DNA of 64,000 bases from Escherichia phage MN04. Location of the stretch: sequence record MT129654.1, one strand, 5' to 3'. Position numbers and translations under genes: made by a program. Below are positions 28,057 to 37,978 of this stretch, in pieces; the first letter of the stretch is position 1, and each line of letters opens with the position of its first letter. The notes below the pieces were generated by a model that made no database searches, was not told the DNA's origin, and saw only the letters and a list, made by a program, of their open reading frames with translations.

Positions 28057-29178
28057 TTAATATTTTTCTCTAAATTCAGCGACCCAAACCTGACCAGGTT
28101 TAGTGCCTGTTTTATCATATAGCTGGGCTATGGTAGTACCCATATTTTTAGTTTCCGTACCAAAGTTCATACGAATACCGTTAACACCAAATTCAGCAGG
28201 TTTTGGCTGAGGTTCTGATTCAGATATCTCACCGAACATAACATTTCGAACTCCGCCTTGGCCAGCCGAAGCTGTTTTTCTGGCATAAAGGGTAAAGTCT
28301 GTAGTACCTTCAGGAACCATTACTACCCGTTCAAACGTCATCCATGCACCAGCAGGAACGTTGGAAGGAACGTCCATATTAACTGTCCCAGTTAAAGCAC
28401 CTGAAGCATTAAAAAATCTAACAGACATCTGAGAAGTCCCGACGTCTTTTAAAGCCTGGTCGCACATCATTTGAAACTTAAGGTAAAAGAATTCACCTGG
28501 TTTCATATTATAATCTGTTAATGGGGTAGTAGGAGATTCGGTGGGAAATCGCTTAATTTCATCTCCCTCATTGCTTAGATAAGTGCTTTCGTCTTCAACA
28601 ATTCTGACAGGATATCCTGTACCACCGACGTCGCTGATATCATCAAATACCACTTCTAATGGAGTAGAAACATCTTCGACAAGCACCCCATCATTATAAA
28701 GCACATGTTCCATTACTATAGCATTCCTTCCCGAAACATAAAATGCTGAATAAGACGGCTCGAAGCGGTCTATTAGCCATTTAGATGGAAATGCGGTACT
28801 TCCTGCTGCATGGAACCAATCGATAAGTTTTTGTGAAGCATTTAATCTACCGGAAGATACTAAACAAACTATTCTATTGGCTGGTATAGAATTTATATAC
28901 GTTATAAAAGCTTCAGAAATAACATCAAAATCTTTTGTAAAACTATAAGTTTTGTTAGCCACTATTTTGGGTTCAGCACTAACATCGATTTCTATAAGGT
29001 TTAATCCATTTTGAAAATTTTGGGAACCGAAGTTCCCATCTTGAAATTTAACATATGCCTTTGTGGTAGACTTAGTACAACTACCCGCTATACTAAGTTT
29101 ATACCTTACGGCATTGTTTTCAGATAATGTAGGAACCTGGACATATCCTTGTCCAAATTCTGCCATAAATCTTTCCAT
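28057..29178 (-). CDS. 35: Long tail fibre hinge protein gp35
   Basis: 373 aa between gp34 and gp36; size and synteny as T4 gp35 (372 aa). Confidence 0.8.
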   Translation of the reverse strand: MERFMAEFGQGYVQVPTLSENNAVRYKLSIAGSCTKSTTKAYVKFQDGNFGSQNFQNGLNLIEIDVSAEPKIVANKTYSFTKDFDVISEAFITYINSIPANRIVCLVSSGRLNASQKLIDWFHAAGSTAFPSKWLIDRFEPSYSAFYVSGRNAIVMEHVLYNDGVLVEDVSTPLEVVFDDISDVGGTGYPVRIVEDESTYLSNEGDEIKRFPTESPTTPLTDYNMKPGEFFYLKFQMMCDQALKDVGTSQMSVRFFNASGALTGTVNMDVPSNVPAGAWMTFERVVMVPEGTTDFTLYARKTASAGQGGVRNVMFGEISESEPQPKPAEFGVNGIRMNFGTETKNMGTTIAQLYDKTGTKPGQVWVAEFREKY

Positions 29179-29186
29179 AATACCTC

Positions 29187-32100
29187 TTATTCAATCCACT
29201 CAAATTTAACGGATTTAGTGACCGGGTCAGGAATAATGCGAACGTTACCAATACGTAACCAATCAAGGATTGTAATGTTACCCATTGTAGCGTTATCAGC
29301 AGGCAATGCACCAACCTCTTCCGCAGAAGGAGGGTTATCTGCGGTATAGACCATAGAGAACGTAGTCCATGCGTTTTTATTTTTCTGCCAGGTGCGAGTA
29401 TAACGAATAGTACCACCATTCAATCCTGTAGGATAGCACACCCAATCCTGATAACATGAATCCAATGTATTACCAAACTGTGTTAACGTACCAGGATATT
29501 TAACTTCCTTATCACGAACAGAATAATCAAACCAAGTACCACGTAATTTCTGACCTGATGTACCGAGAACTTCGTCACCAAAACTACCGTCTTCGTTACG
29601 ATAACGAATAGCCGGGGAACTAAATGCACCCGTTTCTGTCAACCAACCAGAAGCATTCCATATCTCATCAGAAACACCTGCAGGTTTAGTTTGGACCGTA
29701 TCGATATTAACCTGACGTTTAGTTTTCATCGTCCAATAACCTGGGAACAGGTTAAATGTAGCCGAATCATTGATATCGACAGACCAGAAGCCAACTGTTT
29801 CTGCAGTAGGGGCCTGGGATGCTAATGTAGGTTTAACACCAACAGAGCGGACGTATTTTTGAGCAACCAAACCATTGTTTGCCGATACTTGCCCTGTAGA
29901 AACGATAGTACCTGAAGTAGTTACGTTTTGCAATGAAGACAGAGCAGAAGCATTTAGTGTGGTTGTAGAAACACCGTTAGAAGTGGTTATACCTGTGATA
30001 TTAGCATTCTTAGAAATACTAATGGAACCACTATTAACAGCAAAGTCACCAGTCGTATTAAAGGTCCAGTAGGAAGATTCTAAAGAACCCGGCGATGGAA
30101 GATAATGTATTTTAAAATCACGAGTTCCATCGTTTACAGTGCCTAAAGAGAATGTACCTTGCCCTAAACGTTGTTTAACAATAGGATGGAACTTGGCATC
30201 CGGGGTCGAATTTATCTCGGCAAAAATCGGAGCTAAAGTATCGCCTTGAGAGTTCCAAGTACCGGCACCTGACTGTGGTCCTACAAATTTAATAGATTTA
30301 CCTGAGCTAACAGATACATCATTTTTAAAAGTAGAATTCCCGGTTACTTCCAGAGAACCTAAAATAGTGTTGCCGGTAATATTAGCAGTACTAGAAGACA
30401 CCAGAGGAGCCGCCAGGTTCAATTGTTTGGTCAGGATTAAAGAACCATTAACCGTTTGGTCGACGTCTCTACGAATGAACTGAAGTGAATCCAGACCATC
30501 CAATTTCTCGGAGTTCACAGCCGTAGCATTTATAGGTAAAAAGTTCTGTAAAGTTTTATTCATCTCGTAAGATGAAACCGCATAACCTGTTTTAGGATAG
30601 TTGGCTGCATTCAGAACAGTATCGTCGTTCTCATAAAGGCCTGTACCTGAGTTAAATTTAACACCAGAACCGGTAACTTTATTTCCTGAGTAAGTCAAAG
30701 CACCTTCGGTCAATTTAACAAATCCACGACGAAGTGCAGTAGCTTCCCAAGTGGTTTCGGACTGTACTACATATTTTAAACCAGAAGGGCTTACAGCCAG
30801 AACTTTAGAAGTTCCTGCAGTGGTTTCGGTATTCGTTGCAACACGAATAATACCTTCAGAACTTTCAGTAGATTTTTTAGAGTGTAATTTCAAAGGAGTG
30901 ATGATGGTTTTGTCATCAGTGCCAACATTGACTTCGGTCTGGGTAGCCAGACGAGCGGTACCACGTTGGGTCTCATTTGCTTCTCTAATATCTAGTGTAT
31001 AATGGTTCCATAAGGTTCCTGATTCAATCAAACCGCTGGCTGCTGAGACAGAAGTTCTAGCAGTATCATTAAGTCTTGTTTTAATTTTCAACGGAGTTGA
31101 AATAACATTATCTAACGTACCAGCATCAAATTCTGCTTGGGTTGCAATTCTAGCAATACCAGTCAATCCTTCCGTAGCTTTCCTGTCATTTAACGTTTTA
31201 GGCGTTACCGCACGAGTATAATCTGTTCCAGTATCGGTCTCTACTTGCGTAGCAATTTCAATTAACCCTGTACGAGTATCAAGAGCCACACGGGCATGCA
31301 ACGTTTCAGGAGAAACCGCACTGTTAGCAAATCCGCTAGCAGACTGTCCAGTATTAACTTCTGACTGGGTAGAAAGATATACTGTACCTTGTTGGGCTTG
31401 AGTAGCTTTATATTGGTCAAGTGCTTTAGGAGAAATAACCAAATTGCCTACGTTCTTATTATAAACGTTAGTACCTACAGTGTCCCTAGCAGTCGCAGGA
31501 GTGGTGTCCACCGTAGAGGTATATTTTACAATACCTGAAAGACTTTCAGTGCCCTGGCGCGTCTGTAGCTTCTTAGGAGTAATAATGGTGGTATCGTCAA
31601 CACCAGCATCAGTTTCCTGTTGCGTAGCAATTTCAGCTACACCACGACGAGTTTCGGTTGCAGTACGTTCGTTTAATTTCTTAGGAGAAATAATCAAATC
31701 GTCCTGGAATGCGAAGGTTGTGTCCTGGTTCACCTGAGCAGTAGTAGCAATACGAGCAATACCACGACGAGTTTCAGTGGCAACACGATTGGCTAAAGTC
31801 TGCGGAGTAATTGCAAGTTCTTTTTCAGGATTATTTTCATGGTCGACGTTTGCCTGGGTCTGAGACGCAAGGGCAATAACACCTAGACGAGCACGAGTTA
31901 AATCATCCTTAGAATCAACACGTTCTACCGTAGGAACGTTCTGAGCAACAACCCAATATTTACCACCTGTAGTGGTGTCTTCGATATAACTCAGTTCAAT
32001 AACCGGGGTATAACTTATATTACCATTAAAGGTCAATACATCATTCAACACCCATTCAGTATCTGGTGGATATTCAGAACGTTTAGGGAACTGGAGCAAT

Positions 32101-33236
32101 TGAACCGAAGAAGCAATTTTATCACCTACAGCGGCCTTAATATTTACTGTCTGTGCTTTACGAAGATAGTTCAATGCGATTTTAATAGTATCGCCTTGTG
32201 CTACGCTAGTAGGTAAAGTGATGTTAATAGTTTGTGGAGTTGTGTTATTAGGACCAAAAACAATAATACTTTCGTTAGCCAAAAGTTCTACGTCATCACG
32301 AATAACACGCAGACGAGTTTGACGGTCACCGTCCCAAACATACCACATTTTTTCAACAGAGTTATAAACAAAGAATCCATCACCAGAGGTACGGAATTCC
32401 ATGCTATGCTGGCCAGGCTTACCTAATGAAGATGACGCATCAAACGTTTCAACTACTAAATGGAACTTACTTCCAAGACCATCGATATCAACGGTTTTAA
32501 CCATATCACCTTGGTTTGCATACTTAGGAAGAGTAAATTTAATTACTGCACCTGAAGTATAACGACGTAAAACGTTATCACCTGCTTGAGCTTGGAACTG
32601 TGCAGTATTGGGCTCTACGCGAATACCACGTTCTTCGTTACCTGCTTCCCAGAAATGCCAAAGGCGGTTAGCAAAGATAAGCATGTTATAAGAAAAAGGC
32701 TTCGTAATTAAGGTCTCAGTAAACTGATTACCAAAACGAACAATTTTCTGGTTACCGCCACCAGGAGCAGAACTAGATTGGACCTTTATTTCGTTATAAC
32801 CAACACGTCCACCGATATCTTTAATTACAACGGTATCGCCATCAGTAGGGTTCGGAGGCAGGGTAAATGTAGTAAAGCTAGCAGCAGAATCCACAGCAAT
32901 ATATTCACCGGAAGCCAGCTGGCGTGTAGGAGATGCTACGGTAATCCATTTAGGGTCAGTACGGGTAGCAGTCCAATAACCAGGTACAAAGGCTCCTGCT
33001 GGAGCATTGATATCACGTTGAGCAACCCAAATACGTTGGTCATGGATTACTGCAAACCCTTTCTTATATCCGCGCGTCTCGTCGTACGCCTGGATGGTGT
33101 TCTCATCTATAAAGAATTCAACGTTGACGCCATCATCTAATACATTGTAATCGGCTTTGGCAACATTGATAACTTTCTCGCCCGCAGCATCGAGTCCGGA
33201 TGTAGCACGGAATGCAGGTTTTAAAATATCAGCCAT
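29187..33236 (-). CDS. 34: Long tail fibre proximal subunit gp34
   Basis: 1349 aa, head of the 34-35-36-37-38 block, divergent from rnh as in T4. Confidence 0.88.
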   Translation of the reverse strand: MADILKPAFRATSGLDAAGEKVINVAKADYNVLDDGVNVEFFIDENTIQAYDETRGYKKGFAVIHDQRIWVAQRDINAPAGAFVPGYWTATRTDPKWITVASPTRQLASGEYIAVDSAASFTTFTLPPNPTDGDTVVIKDIGGRVGYNEIKVQSSSAPGGGNQKIVRFGNQFTETLITKPFSYNMLIFANRLWHFWEAGNEERGIRVEPNTAQFQAQAGDNVLRRYTSGAVIKFTLPKYANQGDMVKTVDIDGLGSKFHLVVETFDASSSLGKPGQHSMEFRTSGDGFFVYNSVEKMWYVWDGDRQTRLRVIRDDVELLANESIIVFGPNNTTPQTINITLPTSVAQGDTIKIALNYLRKAQTVNIKAAVGDKIASSVQLLQFPKRSEYPPDTEWVLNDVLTFNGNISYTPVIELSYIEDTTTGGKYWVVAQNVPTVERVDSKDDLTRARLGVIALASQTQANVDHENNPEKELAITPQTLANRVATETRRGIARIATTAQVNQDTTFAFQDDLIISPKKLNERTATETRRGVAEIATQQETDAGVDDTTIITPKKLQTRQGTESLSGIVKYTSTVDTTPATARDTVGTNVYNKNVGNLVISPKALDQYKATQAQQGTVYLSTQSEVNTGQSASGFANSAVSPETLHARVALDTRTGLIEIATQVETDTGTDYTRAVTPKTLNDRKATEGLTGIARIATQAEFDAGTLDNVISTPLKIKTRLNDTARTSVSAASGLIESGTLWNHYTLDIREANETQRGTARLATQTEVNVGTDDKTIITPLKLHSKKSTESSEGIIRVATNTETTAGTSKVLAVSPSGLKYVVQSETTWEATALRRGFVKLTEGALTYSGNKVTGSGVKFNSGTGLYENDDTVLNAANYPKTGYAVSSYEMNKTLQNFLPINATAVNSEKLDGLDSLQFIRRDVDQTVNGSLILTKQLNLAAPLVSSSTANITGNTILGSLEVTGNSTFKNDVSVSSGKSIKFVGPQSGAGTWNSQGDTLAPIFAEINSTPDAKFHPIVKQRLGQGTFSLGTVNDGTRDFKIHYLPSPGSLESSYWTFNTTGDFAVNSGSISISKNANITGITTSNGVSTTTLNASALSSLQNVTTSGTIVSTGQVSANNGLVAQKYVRSVGVKPTLASQAPTAETVGFWSVDINDSATFNLFPGYWTMKTKRQVNIDTVQTKPAGVSDEIWNASGWLTETGAFSSPAIRYRNEDGSFGDEVLGTSGQKLRGTWFDYSVRDKEVKYPGTLTQFGNTLDSCYQDWVCYPTGLNGGTIRYTRTWQKNKNAWTTFSMVYTADNPPSAEEVGALPADNATMGNITILDWLRIGNVRIIPDPVTKSVKFEWIE

Positions 33237-33268
33237 TTTATTTCCTTTTCGTTTTCAGGGTATAGAAC

Positions 33269-33276
33269 TATTTATA
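33269..33276 (-). promoter_or_regulatory. T4 late promoter TATAAATA (minus strand) for gene 34
   Basis: plus-strand tatttata at 33269-33276. Confidence 0.65.
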
Positions 33277-33283
33277 GCAAAGT

Positions 33284-33312
33284 GTTTACTTCTTCCAGGG
33301 CCATGATATAAT
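33284..33312 (+). promoter_or_regulatory. T4-type early promoter of rnh, divergent from the gene 34 late promoter
   Basis: GTTTAC 33284-33289, TATAAT 33307-33312. Confidence 0.6.
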
Positions 33313-33343
33313 AACCTTCTACACTAATTGGACAGAGGTTCAT

Positions 33344-34291
33344 ATGAACGATTTAGATTTTTTACTTCCTGAAGAAGACCAACAAAAAGATGGATTTTTA
33401 CTCCTGGATTTCAGCCAAATCATTATGGCGGCAGCCTTCCAAGAATTTGGTGAAAACGCTGGATTTCCTAAAGTAACAACAGCAATGCTTCGACATCTCG
33501 TCTTGAATTCAATCAAGAAAAACATTAAAGACTTTAAAAAACAAGGTTACAACCAACTAATCATTTGTGTTGATAACTCTAAATCAGGTTATTGGCGTCG
33601 TCGTTATTCTTCTTATTATAAGAAAAACCGTGCTAAGGCACGTGACGAATCACCATTTGATTGGGAAGGCTTATTCACTGCAATGCATATTATTGTGGAT
33701 GAGCTTGAACAAAACATGCCTTATATTGTTATGAATATCGACACAATCGAGGCCGATGACCATATTGCTGTATTGACTCGCATCCTTACGGCTTTAGGTC
33801 ATCCTGTTATGATTGGCTCTTCTGATGGTGACTTTACCCAACTTCATAAATTCCCTGGTGTAAAACAATGGTCTCCAATGCAGAAAAAATTCGTCAAAAC
33901 AAAATCTGGTGATGCTCTGCTTGATTGTGTGACCAAGGTTGTTAAAGGTGACCGCAAGGATAACGTTGCAAGTATTAAAGTTCGTGGTGATTATTGGTTG
34001 ACAATGGTTGAAGGTGAACGTACTCCTAGCACTCGTGCTAAGGAACTTGAAGCAATTGCTCTGAATTATTATGACCATGATATAATTAAAACACTTCTTA
34101 CTGAGGAACAATATGAACGTTTCTGTGAAAACCAAATCTTAATTGATATGGACTTTATTCCAGATGATATTGTTGCTTTAATTACTGAAAGATATAATAC
34201 GTATAACAAACCTTCGAAATCTAAAGTTTATCCTTATTTCGTTAAATCAGGTTTGTCTAAACTAACTGCTACAGTAGCTGATTTTTATTAA
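33344..34291 (+). CDS. rnh: RNase H (5'-3' exonuclease, FEN-1 family)
   Basis: 315 aa; CVDNSKSGYWRR ... YKKNR ... SSDGDFTQLHK ... VKQWSPM matches T4 RNase H as remembered. Confidence 0.9.
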   Translation: MNDLDFLLPEEDQQKDGFLLLDFSQIIMAAAFQEFGENAGFPKVTTAMLRHLVLNSIKKNIKDFKKQGYNQLIICVDNSKSGYWRRRYSSYYKKNRAKARDESPFDWEGLFTAMHIIVDELEQNMPYIVMNIDTIEADDHIAVLTRILTALGHPVMIGSSDGDFTQLHKFPGVKQWSPMQKKFVKTKSGDALLDCVTKVVKGDRKDNVASIKVRGDYWLTMVEGERTPSTRAKELEAIALNYYDHDIIKTLLTEEQYERFCENQILIDMDFIPDDIVALITERYNTYNKPSKSKVYPYFVKSGLSKLTATVADFY

Positions 34292-34301
34292 GGTGAATAT
34301 A

Positions 34302-34571
34302 ATGGCTAAAGAAAAAGTGAAAGTTGAATTCAACCAAGAAGAACATGGTAATACCCTGGCCCAGTTGATTAAAACTGCTTCCGATACTAAATTAAAAATG
34401 GAAGCATATGGTGACGAAATTAAAGATATCAAAGACCGTGCTAAGACTGAACTTGGTGTAGACGGTAAAATGTTTAACCAGCTGTTCTCCTTGTATCATA
34501 AAGGCACTCGTGAACGTTTCGAAGACGAAAAAACTGAAGTGGTAGAACTGTATGACACAATCTTTGAATGA
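34302..34571 (+). CDS. dsbA: DsbA, dsDNA-binding late-transcription accessory protein
   Basis: 89 aa from ATG 34302 (track starts at GTG 34293), same length as T4 DsbA; position rnh -> dsbA -> 33. Confidence 0.6.
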   Translation: MAKEKVKVEFNQEEHGNTLAQLIKTASDTKLKMEAYGDEIKDIKDRAKTELGVDGKMFNQLFSLYHKGTRERFEDEKTEVVELYDTIFE

Positions 34572-34854
34572 TTTTGATGGAGCGGTTAATACCGCTTCTG
34601 AACCTGTCCATGTATTGGTAAACAAACAACAGAATGGCCTTGATATTGAGGCCTTTGTTGAGGCTGAAGGGTGTAGTTACCTCGAAGCGGCTACCGCATG
34701 GTTGGAAGAGAACAGCATCCCTGAAGGTAACTTTGCTCGTTATTTGCCTGCAGGAATTATTGATAAAATTATGAACGAGGCCATTGATGATAACTTGCTT
34801 CGTCCTTCAATGGCACGAACGCAAAAAACTAATACTCTGGATTTCTTGTTATGA
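34552..34854 (+). CDS. 33: gp33 late-transcription co-activator
   Basis: 100-aa acidic ORF between dsbA and 59 (synteny). Confidence 0.6.
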   Translation: MTQSLNDFDGAVNTASEPVHVLVNKQQNGLDIEAFVEAEGCSYLEAATAWLEENSIPEGNFARYLPAGIIDKIMNEAIDDNLLRPSMARTQKTNTLDFLL

Positions 34855-35504
34855 TTAAGATTCGCATGCCACCAAACAATAACCGTATGGTGAATGGCAA
34901 GAGCGTATATTCACTATACTTAATGCTCAAACATCACTTCAATGCCAAATACGACGTTATAAAATATAACTGGGTCATGCGAATCTCCGATACGGCTTAC
35001 CAAAAACGTCGTGACAAATATTTCTTCGAGAAATTGAGTGATAAATACACTTTGAAAGAGCTTGCTCTTATCTTCATGAGTAACTTGGTGGCTAACCAAG
35101 ACGCATGGATTGGCGACATCAGTGATGCTGACGCCTTAGTCTTTTACCGAGAATATATCGGTAGACTTAAAAGAATAAAACAAGTTTTTGAGGACGATAT
35201 CAAAAACATCTATTATTTCAGTAAGAAAGTGGAAGTTCAAGCGCTTTCTGAAATTTTTGATTATAATAAAAAAGTTAATTCGAGCTATATTTTTAAGCTC
35301 CTTCAATCGAATGTGATTTCATTCGAAACGTTTATTTTGCTTGATTCATTTATGGACATAATAAATAAACATGATGAACAGACTAACGATTTAGTGTGGT
35401 CTAAGTATTCGACTAAATTAAATGCTTATAAGAAAATCCTTATAATCGATAATTTAGAAGCTCGTAAATTGTTCATTGAAACTATCAAATCTTGCAAGTT
35501 TTAA
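34851..35504 (+). CDS. 59: gp59 helicase loader
   Basis: 217 aa; KYDVIKYNWVMR ... IFMSNLVANQDAWIGDISDADALVFYREYIGRLK matches T4 gp59 (217 aa) as remembered. Confidence 0.92.
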   Translation: MIKIRMPPNNNRMVNGKSVYSLYLMLKHHFNAKYDVIKYNWVMRISDTAYQKRRDKYFFEKLSDKYTLKELALIFMSNLVANQDAWIGDISDADALVFYREYIGRLKRIKQVFEDDIKNIYYFSKKVEVQALSEIFDYNKKVNSSYIFKLLQSNVISFETFILLDSFMDIINKHDEQTNDLVWSKYSTKLNAYKKILIIDNLEARKLFIETIKSCKF

Positions 35505-35529
35505 TGCTTCAAATCAACTGTGTTAATAT
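35505..35529 (+). promoter_or_regulatory. MotA-dependent middle promoter of gene 32
   Basis: MotA box tgcttca 35505-35511, 12-nt spacer, -10 TAATAT 35524-35529. Confidence 0.55.
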
Positions 35530-35593
35530 ACTAACTCAATCTGTTAAAAACTGTCAATAAAATACAACTGCTAAATCTGCTAAGGTAAATAAT

Positions 35594-36499
35594 ATGTTTA
35601 AACGTAAAGACCCTTCCCAACTGGCTGCTCAACTGTCTGCAATGAAAGGTGGTTCTTCTTTCTCTTCCGATGATAAAGCTGAATGGAAATTGAAAGATGA
35701 CAATGGTGTTGGTACTGCGGTAATTCGTTTCCTACCTTCGAAAAACGAAGAAAATCCATCTCCATTCGTTAAGCTCGTTAACCACGGCTTTAAGAAAAAT
35801 GGTCAATGGTACATTGAAAACTGTACGTCTACTCACGGTGATTTCGATTCTTGTCCTGTATGTAAATACATGAACCAGAACGATACATATAATACTAATA
35901 ACGCCGAATACAAACTGATGAAACGTAAAACTTCCTTCTGGGCTAACATCCTTGTTATTAAGGATAGTGCAGTGCCTGCTAACGAAGGTAAAGTGTTTAA
36001 ATTCCGTTTCGGTCAGAAAATTATGGATAAAATCAACCAGATGGTTGAAGTTGATACTGATATTGGTGAAGTGCCGGTTGACGTAACATGTCCGTTTGAT
36101 GGTGCTAACTTCGTACTGAAATCTAAGAAAGTTGGCGACTTCAAAAACTACGACGATTCCAAATTCATGGGTCAGTCTGAAATTCCTAACATCAATGATG
36201 AAGCTTACCAAGCTAAATTGATGGAAGAAATGCACGACCTTTCTAAACTGCTCGAGTTCAAATCCTTTGAAACTAACGAAGCCAAGTTTAAGAAAGTTGT
36301 TGGTACTGCTGCTCTTGGTGGTGCTGCCGCTAAAGCTTCTGCAGCTGCTGATAAGATTGGTGATGACCTGGACGCATTCAGTGCAGACCTTGATGCATAT
36401 GATTCCAAACCGTCTACACCGGCCCGTTCCACTACTCCTGAACCATCAGTAAGTCCTTCTGATGACGATGGTCTGGACGACCTGTTAGCTGGTCTATAA
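35594..36499 (+). CDS. 32: gp32 single-stranded DNA-binding protein
   Basis: 301 aa; [10 protein letters not shown], zinc site [14 protein letters not shown], acidic C-terminus [12 protein letters not shown]; matches T4 gp32 as remembered. Confidence 0.95.
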   Translation: MFKRKDPSQLAAQLSAMKGGSSFSSDDKAEWKLKDDNGVGTAVIRFLPSKNEENPSPFVKLVNHGFKKNGQWYIENCTSTHGDFDSCPVCKYMNQNDTYNTNNAEYKLMKRKTSFWANILVIKDSAVPANEGKVFKFRFGQKIMDKINQMVEVDTDIGEVPVDVTCPFDGANFVLKSKKVGDFKNYDDSKFMGQSEIPNINDEAYQAKLMEEMHDLSKLLEFKSFETNEAKFKKVVGTAALGGAAAKASAAADKIGDDLDAFSADLDAYDSKPSTPARSTTPEPSVSPSDDDGLDDLLAGL

Positions 36500-36515
36500 G
36501 TTATTGATTTATAAT

Positions 36516-36542
36516 GGGAAGACTTCGGTCTTCCCTTTTTGG
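36516..36542 (+). terminator. Rho-independent terminator after gene 32
   Basis: gggaagacttcggtcttccc hairpin followed by tttttgg. Confidence 0.75.
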
Positions 36543-36551
36543 CATTTAATG

Positions 36552-36580
36552 GTTTACAATGCCTTTAAACATGATACTAT
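36552..36580 (+). promoter_or_regulatory. T4-type early promoter
   Basis: GTTTAC 36552-36557, TACTAT 36575-36580. Confidence 0.6.
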
Positions 36581-36609
36581 AGTCCTATCAACTACATGAG
36601 GAAATAAAA

Positions 36610-36981
36610 ATGGAAATTGGTAAATTTTACGTATTAGACCCTGCTGCCAAAAAACAATTCATCGCTGGTAGTCCTGATGATAATTATAATTCGTGCATAG
36701 TAAGATTGTTGGAACAACATGGCAATTCCTTCAAAGTCCTGGATATGAGTTATATTGAAGGTGATTATTTTGTTGAAAAAGTTGAAATGAAAGATGGCAC
36801 CATCCTGAATAGTATGGGCGGTGCTGATGAGTACTTTGAACTCGGTGAATGGGAATTCTGTCACTTCCTGGAAGTTGATGGCGATGCTCCTGCCGTTGAT
36901 ACCCAAACTATCCATGTACAGGTAAACCACAAAAATGCGGCAGAAGTTGTTGCCTTGATTAAAGCTACCTTTGGAATTTAA
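36610..36981 (+). CDS. Hypothetical protein, paralog A of a tandem pair
   Basis: 123 aa; MEIGKFYVL ... EYFELGEWEFCHFLEVDGD shared architecture with next ORF. Confidence 0.5.
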   Translation: MEIGKFYVLDPAAKKQFIAGSPDDNYNSCIVRLLEQHGNSFKVLDMSYIEGDYFVEKVEMKDGTILNSMGGADEYFELGEWEFCHFLEVDGDAPAVDTQTIHVQVNHKNAAEVVALIKATFGI

Positions 36982-36983
36982 AA

Positions 36984-37367
36984 ATGAAAATTGGTAAAAA
37001 ATACGAACTTCGCCCTGAGTGTATCAAAGCTTTTATTAATATCACCCCTATCAATAATAATGATATGGTCGATATTATCCAAGAAAACGGCGGGTGGTTT
37101 GAAGTAAAGGATACAATGACCACAGATGGGGATAAATTTGTAACTAAAATCAAATGTGCTAATGGCAAGATTTTTAGTGCAGATGGAACACTAGAGGAAT
37201 ATTTTGAATTGCATGAAGATGAGTTCTATTGCTTCCGTGAATATGATGGACAAGATGAAGTTGACAAACCTGTTACTAAGACCGGCGTGACCCAAATCCA
37301 TTGCATTGTCACTGAACAGAACGTCGACCAAATTATTGAACTTTTGCAAAAAACTTTTAAGGCCTAA
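36984..37367 (+). CDS. Hypothetical protein, paralog B of a tandem pair
   Basis: 127 aa; MKIGKKYEL ... EYFELHEDEFYCFREYDGQ. Confidence 0.5.
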   Translation: MKIGKKYELRPECIKAFINITPINNNDMVDIIQENGGWFEVKDTMTTDGDKFVTKIKCANGKIFSADGTLEEYFELHEDEFYCFREYDGQDEVDKPVTKTGVTQIHCIVTEQNVDQIIELLQKTFKA

Positions 37368-37368
37368 C

Positions 37369-37629
37369 ATGACTAAAGATGATTTCCTGGATGCAGTAGA
37401 AAAAGCCAGTGAGAAATTTGAAGTGATGGGTGTACGAGTTCATAAAGACCGAAATTACGGCCTCGATATCCAAACGTATTCGTTATGGCTTGTAGGCGAA
37501 CATAGTCTTGTAACCACCTTAGTTATGGGTGTTGATGCTCAACCCTTACTGGTTAAATTCAGAAGTATGGAAAAAGCTACCAAAGAAATGATTAAACTTG
37601 GTAAATGGCTTGATAAAATTCAAAAATAA
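37369..37629 (+). CDS. Hypothetical protein
   Basis: 86-aa ORF from ATG 37369 (track begins at upstream TTG). Confidence 0.4.
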   Translation: MTKDDFLDAVEKASEKFEVMGVRVHKDRNYGLDIQTYSLWLVGEHSLVTTLVMGVDAQPLLVKFRSMEKATKEMIKLGKWLDKIQK

Positions 37630-37631
37630 AT

Positions 37632-37660
37632 GTTTACAAGGTCTATAGGCATGATACTAT
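37632..37660 (+). promoter_or_regulatory. T4-type early promoter
   Basis: GTTTAC 37632-37637, TACTAT 37655-37660, flanked by palindrome aggtctatag / ctatagacct. Confidence 0.6.
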
Positions 37661-37692
37661 AGACCTATCAACTAACGAGTGAGGAAAATAAA

Positions 37693-37920
37693 ATGGCTAA
37701 GGTTAATATTGATATCGTTGATTTTGAATACACTTACGAAGTTATCCGTAATCGTTATCCTTCTTTGACTATGACTTATATCAAAGACACACAATTCTGT
37801 AGTATGCAAATTGAAGTCCAAGGTCCTCTTGAAGACCTTACCCGCTTTATGGCTGATGAATATTGCGATGGTATGCATGCTGAAGACGCTGAATTTTATA
37901 TGGGCTTAATTCAAAAATAA
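37693..37920 (+). CDS. Hypothetical protein
   Basis: 75-aa ORF with SD gtgaggaaaat. Confidence 0.45.
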   Translation: MAKVNIDIVDFEYTYEVIRNRYPSLTMTYIKDTQFCSMQIEVQGPLEDLTRFMADEYCDGMHAEDAEFYMGLIQK

Positions 37921-37922
37921 GT

Positions 37923-37952
37923 GTTTACCTAAGGCTATGGTAGTGATACTAT
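37923..37952 (+). promoter_or_regulatory. T4-type early promoter
   Basis: GTTTAC 37923-37928, TACTAT 37947-37952, palindrome aaggctat / atagcctt. Confidence 0.55.
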
Positions 37953-37978
37953 AGCCTTATCAATTTGAGGAGAATAAA

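Noticed and set aside
29875-33140. Plus-strand ORFs of 64-120 aa inside gene 34 (29875-30072, 30751-31002, 31480-31737, 32232-32426, 32778-33140)
   Set aside because: Antisense to a well-supported 1349-aa tail-fibre gene, no SD or promoter context; typical spurious frames.
35732-36452. Antisense and alternative-frame ORFs within gene 32 (167 aa and 75 aa minus-strand, 61 aa plus-strand)
   Set aside because: Overlap the strongly supported gp32 ORF; no translational signals.
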